Below, in pieces: positions 38,621-47,902 of a stretch of 64,000 nucleotides of DNA. The first letter of the stretch is position 1. The number at the start of each line of letters is the position of its first letter. Position numbers and translations under genes: made by a program. This DNA is from an uncultured Pelagibacteraceae bacterium (GTDB lineage Bacteria; Pseudomonadota; Alphaproteobacteria; Pelagibacterales; Pelagibacteraceae), in the NCBI GenBank assembly GCA_902520335.1, contig CABYNS010000001.1, forward strand, positions 95,604 through 159,603, written 5' to 3'. The notes beneath the pieces were generated by a model that had not been told where the DNA came from, ran no database searches, and saw only the letters and a program-made list of their open reading frames with translations.

Positions 38621-39455
38621 CATCAATTGGATCATCTACTTCTGAAATAGGCTCTTCAACTGATAAAGGATTATTGTTTGATGTTTTATCAGTTTTACTT
38701 TCTTCTTTAACTTCCTTAGTAATATTTCTTTTGAGAGCTTTATCTAATTTTTTTTGTGTATCTTCTCTAGAAACATTCAAAATAATTTGAAATTCAGAAA
38801 GAATTCTATCATAAGCTTTTTCAAATAATTGTCTTTCACTATAGGATTGTTCAATCATCAAATCATCCCCTTTGTTTAAATCTCTTACTACTTCCGCAAG
38901 GTCATAAATTTTACCTGACGATATTTTTGCTTCATATTCTTGAGCTCGCCTACTCCACATTGATCTCTTTATTTTAGGCTTACTTTTTAAAATAGAAATA
39001 CTTTTATTAACTTGATTTATTGTAGATAACGGTCGTAAATGAGATTGTTTGTTGACGGGCACCATACCGTTTGCTTTGTCTTTTTCAAATTTGATTATAT
39101 ATGTCTCAACATCAATGCCACCAATGTTTATTTTTTTGAATTCTGTGATTTGTCCAACACCATGTTTTGGATAAACAATATAATCTTTTATTTTATATTC
39201 TCTTTTTTCGGTGGTTTGTTTTTTAACTTTTTTAATTTCAGGTTTTAATTCATTATTCTTAGGAATTCTTAAATTTTCATTTTTTGTTTCAATTTTTTTC
39301 TCAACTTTTTGTTTTATTTTTTTTGAAGTTTTAATTGGTTTTTTTACTTTTTTGATTTTTATTTTTTTCGATTTATTTACTTTTTTGGCAGATTTTAATT
39401 TAGATTTTTTTTTAAAGGTTTTCTTTAAAATATTTTTCAAACTTATTTTGCTCAT
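38616..39455 (-). CDS. carD: CarD/CdnL-family RNA polymerase-binding regulator with a Lys-rich N-terminal extension
   Basis: [23 protein letters not shown] ... core CarD_TRCF domain. Conserved fdxA-carD synteny. Start candidates are ATG 39455, ATG 39470 and GTG 39497. All overlap the fdxA 3' end. Confidence 0.85.
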   Translation of the reverse strand: MSKISLKNILKKTFKKKSKLKSAKKVNKSKKIKIKKVKKPIKTSKKIKQKVEKKIETKNENLRIPKNNELKPEIKKVKKQTTEKREYKIKDYIVYPKHGVGQITEFKKINIGGIDVETYIIKFEKDKANGMVPVNKQSHLRPLSTINQVNKSISILKSKPKIKRSMWSRRAQEYEAKISSGKIYDLAEVVRDLNKGDDLMIEQSYSERQLFEKAYDRILSEFQIILNVSREDTQKKLDKALKRNITKEVKEESKTDKTSNNNPLSVEEPISEVDDPIDE

Positions 39456-39738
39456 TTTTATATTTTTCATGATCCGAAGGTGGATCTTTTTTCTCACTTA
39501 TATTGGGCCAGATTTCAGAATATTGACTATTGATTTCTAACCACTTTTCGCTTCCAGGTTCTGTATCAGCTTTAATTGCATCTACTGGACACTCTGGTTC
39601 ACAAACGCCACAATCTATACACTCATCGGGTTTAATTACAAGCATATTTTTTCCCTCGTAAAAACAATCAACAGGACAAACTTCAACACAATCCATTAAT
39701 TTACATTTGATACACTTATCATTTACTATGTAAGTCAT
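39412..39738 (-). CDS. fdxA: 7Fe ferredoxin (3Fe-4S + 4Fe-4S)
   Basis: [26 protein letters not shown] ... [12 protein letters not shown]. Confidence 0.93.
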   Translation of the reverse strand: MTYIVNDKCIKCKLMDCVEVCPVDCFYEGKNMLVIKPDECIDCGVCEPECPVDAIKADTEPGSEKWLEINSQYSEIWPNISEKKDPPSDHEKYKNEQNKFEKYFKENL

Positions 39739-40145
39739 TTAATTATTTCTTTTTTAATTTTTTCTTTAATATCGCCCATTAATTTACTGTCAATATATAG
39801 TAGTCCGCCTAGCCTTCTCATTAAACTTGTCTCATAAATATCTGCTTCATTATTTGAGTAAATAATTCTCCAAAGTGTCTCAACTACTTTAATTTTATCA
39901 TTTTCTTCCATATATTTAACTTCTTTTGTAAACTCTAAAATTTGATTAGAATTTTCTTCTATTTTTTTAGCATCTGAGAATATTTTTTCTAAATTCTCAT
40001 TGTTTGCACCTATTTGTAATAGAGTTTGTTTTATTATTGTTTCCTCACTTTCTGAAAAGTTTTCATCAATTTTAGCTGCGTGGATTAAAAGTGCAGCTAC
40101 TTTAGGTAGATTATTATTTTCATTCTTATTTTTTTTAAAAAACAT
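39735..40145 (-). CDS. TerB-like (tellurite-resistance TerB / DjlA N-domain fold) protein
   Basis: [22 protein letters not shown] ... [26 protein letters not shown] pattern. Confidence 0.55.
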   Translation of the reverse strand: MFFKKNKNENNNLPKVAALLIHAAKIDENFSESEETIIKQTLLQIGANNENLEKIFSDAKKIEENSNQILEFTKEVKYMEENDKIKVVETLWRIIYSNNEADIYETSLMRRLGGLLYIDSKLMGDIKEKIKKEIIK

Positions 40146-40149
40146 ATTT

Positions 40150-42627
40150 TTAATTAAGATTTAAATTTTTTAAAACACCAAAAGCATTTTCTTTGATATT
40201 TTCCTTATTTTGAAACTTTTCCCTCTTTTTTGGAATATATTTAAAGAAAACTTCATCATTTTTTTCAAAAATCTTATAACTCATAGCTTTAAGCAGTTTT
40301 TTAAAGTCATCTTTATTACATCCCAATAAATTTAACATTTCTGGAATCATTTTTATTTCCTTCATATCTTTTTTATCTGAGTTTATTATTTGTACAAATA
40401 ATCTCTCTAAAATATCTATTCTAATATATAAATTATTAAATTTTTCAAATCCACAAAGTAACATAAAGTTTTTATTTTGAAATTTGTTATCATTTAAAAA
40501 ATTTAAACCAAAAGTCGGTGGTTTTAAATTAAAGTATTTTTGATTATGATTTTTCCACAAAAGAGTTCTTAATGAAACTGGCTCTGGTTTTATTAATTTA
40601 AATAAAAAGACATGATATCTGCCAAATTTTACACCAAGATCTCTTAAAATTTTTCTATCATTTTGGTCTAATTTTTTTAAGTACTCAGAAACCTTGTCTC
40701 TCTTAATAACACCATTATTTTCATAAAGTTGAAAAGCTAAGGCTTTTGTCGACGAATTATTATCCTTTAGATTTTTTAAATCATAGAGACTTTTTAAAAC
40801 TGTTGAAATTTTATTTTTTAGCCATTTTTCTAAAAAAGTAATTAATTTGCTTTTTTGATTTTGCTCTAACATGTCATCCACTAATAATTCTATGTTAGGG
40901 CTCAAATAATCTTTACCTGGAATTAGTCTACCAATTGATGCATTATTCCAATAAATCTTAGAATCATTTTTTAACTCAACTAAACCTGTATCGATTATGA
41001 TTTGGATTCTATTTTCAAGTTCAGGTCCAATAGTTTTTCTCGCAGCTTTTTTTAAAGATTTAATATCGGTCTCCAAAGCACCTTGTTTAAGATCAAGCTC
41101 TAATTTAAGTCCATTTATTTTACCTATGAATTGATCATCGATCATAACATTATTATTTTCTAAAATTTTGGTATCAAATTCCATATCTTGTTTCAAACCT
41201 CTAGCAAGCACGCTTGCTCTTTTATCAATAAATGTTTTTGTGAGTTCTTCATGAAGTCTATCTGAAAGTTTGTCCTCTAAAAATTTAGTTTTTTCAATCC
41301 AGTAATTTTGATTTTCAACCCAATTATTTTTATTTGAAACATATGACCAAGTTCTCACATTTGCAATTCTATTTGCTAAAGAATCTACATTTCCGTCCAA
41401 TTTATTAAGTTTCATGAGCTGTAAATGCATAAAATTGTTTGTTATTTTTCCCTTATCATTATTCAAAAAATTGAATACTTTTTCGACAACATCAATATGA
41501 TTTCCATAAGTTTTTTTTACAAAGTCAGGAATTTGACAGCATTCCCATAATAATGTCAGTGTTTCTTTTGTATTTGGTAAATTATATAAGTCTAACTTCT
41601 TTAAAAAATACTTTAAAACCTTCTCATCTTCACACTCATGAATCTTTCTAAGCCAATCTTTATTTGGCTTTTCTTCTAGTGATTTTAATAATGAAGTGGA
41701 GTTATTAAAATTTAAATTTGAATTTCTCCAAAATAACGTTCTAATATTTTCAAATTTGTGATTTTCTAAAAGTTCAACTTCCTCAGCTGTAATTTCTTTA
41801 CAATCGCCTGTGATACCAAAATTACCATCATTGAGATATCTACCTGCTCTTCCTGCAATTTGGCCTATCTCGGACAGATTAAGTTTTCTTAATTTTTTAC
41901 CATCAAACTTTTTTAGGTTTGAAAAATACACTTGATCTAAATCCATATTTATACCCATTCCAATTGCATCAGTAGCAACTAAAAAATCAACATCACCTGA
42001 TTGGTACAAGTCTACTTGTGCATTTCTTGTTTTTGGACTGAGAGACCCCATAACAATCGCAGCTCCACCTTTCTGTCTTCGTATTAACTCCGCTATTGCA
42101 TAAACTTCTTCTGTTGAAAAAGCTATAATAGCTGTTTTTCTATTTATACGTGAAATTTTTTTGTGACCAGAGTAAGAAAGTTTAGATAATCTTTTTCTAT
42201 CTATGAATTCTACATCGTCATTTAATTTTGAAACTATTCCTTTAATTGTGTTTGAACCCATAAACATTGTAAGTTTACTTCCTCTCATATTAAGTAATCT
42301 GTCTGTAAAAATATGTCCTCGTTCATGGTCTGCACACATTTGAATTTCATCAACACCTACAAATTCTAAATCTTTGTCTATTGGCATCGACTCTACTGTA
42401 CATAAAAAATATTTTGCATTTGAAGGTATAATTTTTTCTTCACCAGTTATTAAAGCAACTTCATCATATCTAGTTTTTTTGATAACTTTTTCATAGACTT
42501 CCCTAGCCAAAAGTCTTAATGGAAAGCCGATCATTCCAGTATCAAAAGAGAGCATCGTTTCTATTGCTAAATGAGTTTTGCCAGTATTTGTTGGGCCAAG
42601 CACTGCTGTAATTTTATTTTTATTCAT
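40150..42627 (-). CDS. SUV3-like superfamily-2 ATP-dependent helicase
   Basis: GPTNTGKTH Walker A, VDEIQM (DExQ box), helicase C-domain (ATDAIGMGINM, QIAGRAGR), and the long C-terminal extension typical of the alphaproteobacterial orthologue. Confidence 0.85.
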   Translation of the reverse strand: MNKNKITAVLGPTNTGKTHLAIETMLSFDTGMIGFPLRLLAREVYEKVIKKTRYDEVALITGEEKIIPSNAKYFLCTVESMPIDKDLEFVGVDEIQMCADHERGHIFTDRLLNMRGSKLTMFMGSNTIKGIVSKLNDDVEFIDRKRLSKLSYSGHKKISRINRKTAIIAFSTEEVYAIAELIRRQKGGAAIVMGSLSPKTRNAQVDLYQSGDVDFLVATDAIGMGINMDLDQVYFSNLKKFDGKKLRKLNLSEIGQIAGRAGRYLNDGNFGITGDCKEITAEEVELLENHKFENIRTLFWRNSNLNFNNSTSLLKSLEEKPNKDWLRKIHECEDEKVLKYFLKKLDLYNLPNTKETLTLLWECCQIPDFVKKTYGNHIDVVEKVFNFLNNDKGKITNNFMHLQLMKLNKLDGNVDSLANRIANVRTWSYVSNKNNWVENQNYWIEKTKFLEDKLSDRLHEELTKTFIDKRASVLARGLKQDMEFDTKILENNNVMIDDQFIGKINGLKLELDLKQGALETDIKSLKKAARKTIGPELENRIQIIIDTGLVELKNDSKIYWNNASIGRLIPGKDYLSPNIELLVDDMLEQNQKSKLITFLEKWLKNKISTVLKSLYDLKNLKDNNSSTKALAFQLYENNGVIKRDKVSEYLKKLDQNDRKILRDLGVKFGRYHVFLFKLIKPEPVSLRTLLWKNHNQKYFNLKPPTFGLNFLNDNKFQNKNFMLLCGFEKFNNLYIRIDILERLFVQIINSDKKDMKEIKMIPEMLNLLGCNKDDFKKLLKAMSYKIFEKNDEVFFKYIPKKREKFQNKENIKENAFGVLKNLNLN

Positions 42628-42801
42628 TTTCTATCTTTGGTATGTTTAATATTTAACCTACAAGATGTAGTTGCTCGCAAAGAACAAAAATAGACTAAAA
42701 CATGACCGAATCGTTCTAAAAAAAGTTCTCATTTCAGGTTCTTAAAAGTGAAGTTTAACATAATAAGATTTTTTGTCCAAATTACCATTAAACACAAAGT
42801 T

Positions 42802-43206
42802 TTAAGATTTTATTTTAAGAATTTTCCAAACTCCAGATGCAGATGTAATAATTTTGTCATTACATTTCAATTCACAAAATAAAAATACTAAAGTTTTTGT
42901 TTTTTTTAGAATTTTTACATTTCCAATAATTTCATCACCAATTTTTGAAGCACCTATATATTTAAGATCTAATGAAATTGTTACACATGGTGCATTTTGG
43001 GCACTACGATGTGCCGCGGTTCCTGCTCCAGCATCAATCAAGGCTGCCAAGTATCCTCCATGAGTTATACCTGCCGCATTTAAATGGTTTTCATTTATTA
43101 CTGATTTGAATTCATATTCGCTTTCAGAGACATTTCTAAACATAACACCACCATTATGTTTCATAAACCCGTGCTTTAAACTTATTTGTTCAAAAGAATT
43201 AGACAT
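42802..43206 (-). CDS. PaaI-family hotdog thioesterase
   Basis: GITHGGYLAALIDAGAGTAA motif, about 134 aa. Confidence 0.8.
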   Translation of the reverse strand: MSNSFEQISLKHGFMKHNGGVMFRNVSESEYEFKSVINENHLNAAGITHGGYLAALIDAGAGTAAHRSAQNAPCVTISLDLKYIGASKIGDEIIGNVKILKKTKTLVFLFCELKCNDKIITSASGVWKILKIKS

Positions 43207-43326
43207 AATTTGTTAAAGTATAAAAGTTAAAATAATTAAAACTATAAGAATAATTATGAAAAAATAAATAACAGACATTTGAAGAGAAGATTTAATCAGC
43301 CATTTTATCATAATTTATCTTGTTAA

Positions 43327-43403
43327 TGGTGCGCCTGCTAGGAGTCGAACCCAGAACCTCCTGGTCCGTAGCCAAGCGCTCTATCCAGTTGAGCTACAGG
43401 CGC
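43327..43403 (-). tRNA. tRNA-Arg (anticodon ACG)
   Basis: The reverse complement GCGCCTGTAGCTCAACTGGATAGAGCGCTTGGCTACGGACCAGGAGGTTCTGGGTTCGACTCCTAGCAGGCGCACCA folds as a cloverleaf with anticodon loop CTACGGA and an encoded CCA. Confidence 0.93.
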
Positions 43404-43475
43404 ATTTTTAAATTTTATTTATTATTCTATATCACTTTTTAGTGTATTTTAATGCTAAGACAAATTTAAATTATT

Positions 43476-44651
43476 ATGAAGAATTCAATAAATGAGGTTG
43501 TAATTGTAGAGGCTATTAGAACTCCAATTGGAGCTTATAAAGGGTCTCTTAAAGAATTAAGTGCTGATAAATTGGGATCAATTGTCATTAGAGAAATTTT
43601 AAGAAAAAGTAAATTAGATAAAGATGATATTGATGAGGTAATTATGGGCCAAGTGCTCACAGCTGGTAGTGGCCAAAACCCTGCAAGACAAGCTGCAATA
43701 AATGCAGGTATACATTTTTCTAAACCAGCCCATATAGTAAATCAAGTTTGTGGCTCTGGACTTAGAGCTGTAATTTCAGGTTATCAATCAATTAAACTAG
43801 GAGAAGTAAAAAATGTAATTTCTGGCGGCCAAGAGAATATGTCATTATCTCCACATTCAATTCTTTATCGATATAATAAAAAAATTTCAGAGAAACATTT
43901 GGTAGACACAATGATAAATGACGGATTGATAGATGCATTCAATAATTATCACATGGGTGTAACCGCTGAAAATGTTGCAAAGAAGTTTAATATCTCAAGA
44001 GTCCATCAAGATGAATTTGCCTTAAATTCTCAGAAAAAAACAGAAACTGCTATTAATAATAATAGATTTGAAAAAGAACTAATTAAAATAAATCAATCTG
44101 GTATCAATCTCAATATGGATGAACATCCAAGAAAAAATCTAATTAAATCAGATTTAGAAAAGTTAAAAGCAGTATTTCTTAAAGATGGAACCGTGACACC
44201 TGGAAACTCTTCAGGTATTAACGATGGTGCTGCCGCTTTATTATTAACGACCCTGGAGGAGGCTAAAAAAAAATCAATTCAACCGTTAGTAAAGATAATC
44301 TCATGGGCTTCAGTTGGAGTTGATCCAACTCTGATGGGTCTTGGGCCAATTGAGGCTGTGCGTGAAGCAGCTAAAAAAGCAAAATGGAGTCTAAATGACA
44401 TAGATCTTTTTGAAATTAATGAAGCTTTTGCTGCCCAAAGCATTGCAGTAATACGTGAGTTAAATATTGATGAGAATAAAGTTAATGTTAATGGAGGAGC
44501 TATAGCTTTAGGTCATCCCATAGGAGCATCAGGTGCCAGAATATTAGTTACTCTTATTCATGAAATGTTAAAGCAAAAAAAAAATAAAGGTTGCGCTACA
44601 CTTTGCATAGGCGGTGGAATGGGTATAGCCATGTGTATTGAGAGAATCTAA
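43476..44651 (+). CDS. acetyl-CoA C-acetyltransferase (thiolase II)
   Basis: VNQVCGSGLRAV active-site Cys, NEAFAAQ, GGAIALGHPIGASGAR, CIGGGMG. Confidence 0.93.
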   Translation: MKNSINEVVIVEAIRTPIGAYKGSLKELSADKLGSIVIREILRKSKLDKDDIDEVIMGQVLTAGSGQNPARQAAINAGIHFSKPAHIVNQVCGSGLRAVISGYQSIKLGEVKNVISGGQENMSLSPHSILYRYNKKISEKHLVDTMINDGLIDAFNNYHMGVTAENVAKKFNISRVHQDEFALNSQKKTETAINNNRFEKELIKINQSGINLNMDEHPRKNLIKSDLEKLKAVFLKDGTVTPGNSSGINDGAAALLLTTLEEAKKKSIQPLVKIISWASVGVDPTLMGLGPIEAVREAAKKAKWSLNDIDLFEINEAFAAQSIAVIRELNIDENKVNVNGGAIALGHPIGASGARILVTLIHEMLKQKKNKGCATLCIGGGMGIAMCIERI

Positions 44652-44863
44652 TAATTAATTTTTTTAAATTTTTCATCGAGTAAAATTTTCTGTATCCAAA
44701 TTTTAGCATCAATGTAAGCGATTTCTTTTGGTTGCAAGAGTGAATTTAATAACTTTTTTATCATTTTTGAGGGATACACCAGAAGAGTGTCAAAAAATTG
44801 AACAGAATGTGTTAAAATTAGCAATTAAGAAAAATTTTATAGTATATAAGATCTAAATATTGA

Positions 44864-47800
44864 ATGAGTGAAAAACTATTAGTTCCTGATATTGGTGACT
44901 TTGAAAATGTAGAGGTCATTGAATTGCTTGTCAAAGAAGGCCAAAAAATTGCCAAGAATGATCCTGTAGTTACAATTGAAAGTGATAAATCAAGTGTTGA
45001 AATACCCTCAATTTTGTCAGGTACAATTGAGACAATTAAAGTAAAAGTAGGTGACAAAGTTTCAAAAGGTGATTTAATTTTGAGTATTTCAGGTTCAAAC
45101 GAAAAACATCCTACAACAAAAAACATTCCAAAAGATACTGAGAATCTGATTAAAGAGGCAGAAAAATCATTAGAAAAAAAACAAGAACAAATCATCCATA
45201 CAAATAATATTGAAAGAAAGAGACCAGAAATAATTCAAGTAATTAATGACAGTGATATTGATCCATTAGAAACTAATGAGTGGTTAGAGTCACTCACTGC
45301 AGTAATTGAAAAAGATGGAAATCAAAGAGCTCATTATTTAATAAAAGAATTAATTAATAAAGCTTATATGGAGGGTGCAAATATTCCTTACACACAAAAC
45401 ACACCTTATATAAATACAATTCCAGTAAATGAAGAGAAAAAATCGAACGGTGATCAAAATATTGAAAGAAGAATCCGGTCATTGATAAGATGGAATTCTG
45501 CAGCAATGGTTGTTCGTGCAAATAAAAAATTTCCTGAACTTGGAGGACATATCGGAACATTTGCATCTGCAGCTACGCTTTATGATGTAGGAATGAATCA
45601 TTTTTGGAGAGCAAAAAATAATAAATTTGGGGGAGACTTAATTTATTTTCAAGGACATAGCGCTCCAGGTATGTATGCAAGAGCATTTCTTGAGGGAAGA
45701 CTTAATGAAAAACAATTAGATGGTTTTAGACAAGAAGTTAATCCAGGGGGTTTGTCATCTTATCCACATCCTTGGTTGATGCCAAACTTTTGGCAATTTC
45801 CCACAGTCTCAATGGGTTTAGGACCAATGTTAGCTATTTATCAAGCAAGATACATGAAATATTTAATTAACAGGGGTCTTATCAAAGATGAGGGACGAAA
45901 AGTTTGGGCTTTTTTAGGAGATGGGGAAATGGATGAACCAGAGTCCTTAGGAGCAATTGGTTTAGCAGCTAGAGAAAAATTAGATAATCTAATATTTGTG
46001 ATCAATTGTAATCTCCAAAGATTGGATGGACCTGTGAGAGGTAATGGAAAAATAATACAAGAATTAGAGGGTATTTTCAGAGGGGCTGGATGGAATGTTA
46101 TTAAAGTAATTTGGGGTTCTTATTGGGATCCGTTATTGGCTAACGATAAAACTGGTCACCTAATTAAAGTTATGAATGAAACTGTCGATGGTGAATATCA
46201 AGCAATGAAAGCAAGAGATGGAGCTTATGTGCGAGATAAGTTTTTTGGTAAATATCCTGAAACTAAAGAGTTAATCTCAAGCCTTTCAGACAAAGATATA
46301 TGGAGATTGAATAGAGGTGGACATGATCCCCACAAAGTTTTTGCAGCTTATGATAAAGCCTCAAAAAATATCGGAAGCCCAACAGTTGTCATTGCCAAAA
46401 CTATAAAGGGGTATGGAATGGGCAAAAGTGGTGAGAGTGTAAATACTACACATCAAACTAAAAAATTAGATATAGACGATTTGATGTATTACAGAGACAG
46501 GTTTGATGTTCCTCTTACTGATAAACAGGTACAAAATATTGAATATTATAAACCAGACCAGAACTCACCTGAGATAAAATATATTAAAGAAAGAAGACTT
46601 CAATTAGGAGGATTTATCCCAGAGAGAACTACTTATGCAAAACCCATTAAAGCCCCCCCAAAAAACATTTTCGACAATATGAAAGAATCAACAGGTAAAA
46701 AAGAAATGTCTACTACAATGGCATTAGTGAGAATGCTTACTAATCTTCTGAGAGATAAAAATGTTGCACCAAGATTAGTACCAATTATTCCTGATGAGGC
46801 GAGAACATTTGGTATGGAGGGTTTTTTCCAAAAAATTGGTATTTATGCTCATGAAGGACAGAAATATGAACCCGAGGACTCGGCGCAATTAAGTTCATAT
46901 AGAGAAGAAAAAAGCGGACAAGTTTTGGAGGAAGGAATTAATGAGGCAGGTGCTATGTCATCATGGATTGCTGCAGGTACTTCTTACACAAATCATGATA
47001 TTGAAATGATCCCTATCTATCTTTTCTACTCAATGTTTGGTTTCCAGAGAATAGGTGACTTTGCTTGGGCAGGAGCAGACAGTCAATCAAGAGGATTTTT
47101 AATTGGTGCTACGGCTGGGAGAACAACATTAGCCGGAGAAGGTTTGCAACATCAAGATGGACATAGTCATTTAATGGCATCAACTATTCCAAACTGTAAA
47201 TCTTATGATCCAACATTTCATTATGAACTAGCAACAATATTTAGAGAAGGATTGAAAAGAATGCATGAAAAAAAAGAAAATATTTTTTACTACATCACAA
47301 CAATGAATGAAAATTATTCTCATCCTGCTATGCCAACTGAAAAATCATGTGAGGAAGGCATTTTAAAAGGAATGTATAAAATTAAAGAATTTATCAAATA
47401 TAAAAAAACTAAAATTCAATTTTTAGGATCAGGCACAATTTTAAGAGAAATGATAGCTGGTGCGGAGATTCTACAAAAGGAATATCAAATTGATAGTGAA
47501 GTTTGGAGCGTAACTAGTTTTAATGAACTAAGAAGAGATGGCTTAGAGGTGGAAAGATATAATTTATTAAATCCTGAAAAAGTACCGAAAAAATCATATG
47601 TTGAAAGCTGTTTAGACAAAACTGAAGGTCCAATTTTAGCTGCATCAGATTATATGAGAATGAACTCAGATCAAATTAGACCTTATATTAATAAGAGCTT
47701 TTACTCATTAGGAACAGATGGATTTGGTCGAAGTGATACGAGAAAAAATTTGAGAAAGTTTTTTGAGGTTGATAAAGAGCATATTGTTACATATGGACTA

Positions 47801-47902
47801 AGTGTTTTAGCTAAAGAACAATTAATTGCCTCTAAATACGCCCAAGAGGCATTAAAGAAATATAAGATTGATAAAGATAAACCAATGCCAACAAAATTAT
47901 AA
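44864..47902 (+). CDS. aceE: pyruvate dehydrogenase E1 (homodimeric AceE type) with an N-terminal lipoyl domain
   Basis: Residues 1-77 form a lipoyl domain (TIESDKSSVEIPS). From about residue 120, DIDPLETNEWLESL ... follows the E. coli-type AceE N-terminus, with a GDGEMDEPES ThDP motif. 1012 aa. Confidence 0.93.
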   Translation: MSEKLLVPDIGDFENVEVIELLVKEGQKIAKNDPVVTIESDKSSVEIPSILSGTIETIKVKVGDKVSKGDLILSISGSNEKHPTTKNIPKDTENLIKEAEKSLEKKQEQIIHTNNIERKRPEIIQVINDSDIDPLETNEWLESLTAVIEKDGNQRAHYLIKELINKAYMEGANIPYTQNTPYINTIPVNEEKKSNGDQNIERRIRSLIRWNSAAMVVRANKKFPELGGHIGTFASAATLYDVGMNHFWRAKNNKFGGDLIYFQGHSAPGMYARAFLEGRLNEKQLDGFRQEVNPGGLSSYPHPWLMPNFWQFPTVSMGLGPMLAIYQARYMKYLINRGLIKDEGRKVWAFLGDGEMDEPESLGAIGLAAREKLDNLIFVINCNLQRLDGPVRGNGKIIQELEGIFRGAGWNVIKVIWGSYWDPLLANDKTGHLIKVMNETVDGEYQAMKARDGAYVRDKFFGKYPETKELISSLSDKDIWRLNRGGHDPHKVFAAYDKASKNIGSPTVVIAKTIKGYGMGKSGESVNTTHQTKKLDIDDLMYYRDRFDVPLTDKQVQNIEYYKPDQNSPEIKYIKERRLQLGGFIPERTTYAKPIKAPPKNIFDNMKESTGKKEMSTTMALVRMLTNLLRDKNVAPRLVPIIPDEARTFGMEGFFQKIGIYAHEGQKYEPEDSAQLSSYREEKSGQVLEEGINEAGAMSSWIAAGTSYTNHDIEMIPIYLFYSMFGFQRIGDFAWAGADSQSRGFLIGATAGRTTLAGEGLQHQDGHSHLMASTIPNCKSYDPTFHYELATIFREGLKRMHEKKENIFYYITTMNENYSHPAMPTEKSCEEGILKGMYKIKEFIKYKKTKIQFLGSGTILREMIAGAEILQKEYQIDSEVWSVTSFNELRRDGLEVERYNLLNPEKVPKKSYVESCLDKTEGPILAASDYMRMNSDQIRPYINKSFYSLGTDGFGRSDTRKNLRKFFEVDKEHIVTYGLSVLAKEQLIASKYAQEALKKYKIDKDKPMPTKL

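Noticed and set aside
38599-39540. Plus-strand ORFs 38599-38790, 39039-39248 and 39211-39540, with Phe/Leu/Ile-rich translations.
   Set aside because: They are the antisense shadow of carD. The poly-Phe runs simply mirror the AAA/AAG Lys codons of the carD N-terminal extension.
42713-42741. Three direct GTTC repeats upstream of the SUV3-like helicase gene, considered as an alphaproteobacterial LexA (SOS) box.
   Set aside because: The alphaproteobacterial LexA site is GTTC-N7-GTTC. Here the spacers are 8 and 9 nt. The downstream gene is not a typical SOS gene, and a 4-mer repeat is weak evidence.
43213-43311. 32-codon reverse-strand ORF (MIKWLIKSSLQMSVIYFFIIILIVLIILTFIL) between tRNA-Arg and the PaaI thioesterase gene.
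   Set aside because: It is a plausible tiny membrane peptide, but there is no SD and no recognisable family. Hydrophobic ORFs of this size arise easily in T-rich DNA. The evidence is insufficient to call a gene.
44652-44863. 212-nt spacer upstream of aceE, examined for a riboswitch, ncRNA or PdhR-type operator.
   Set aside because: Only short 4-6 bp stems are present (CTTTTG-GTTG-CAAGAG and ACAC...GTGT). There is no recognisable riboswitch core or extended palindrome. Nothing can be supported without covariation data.
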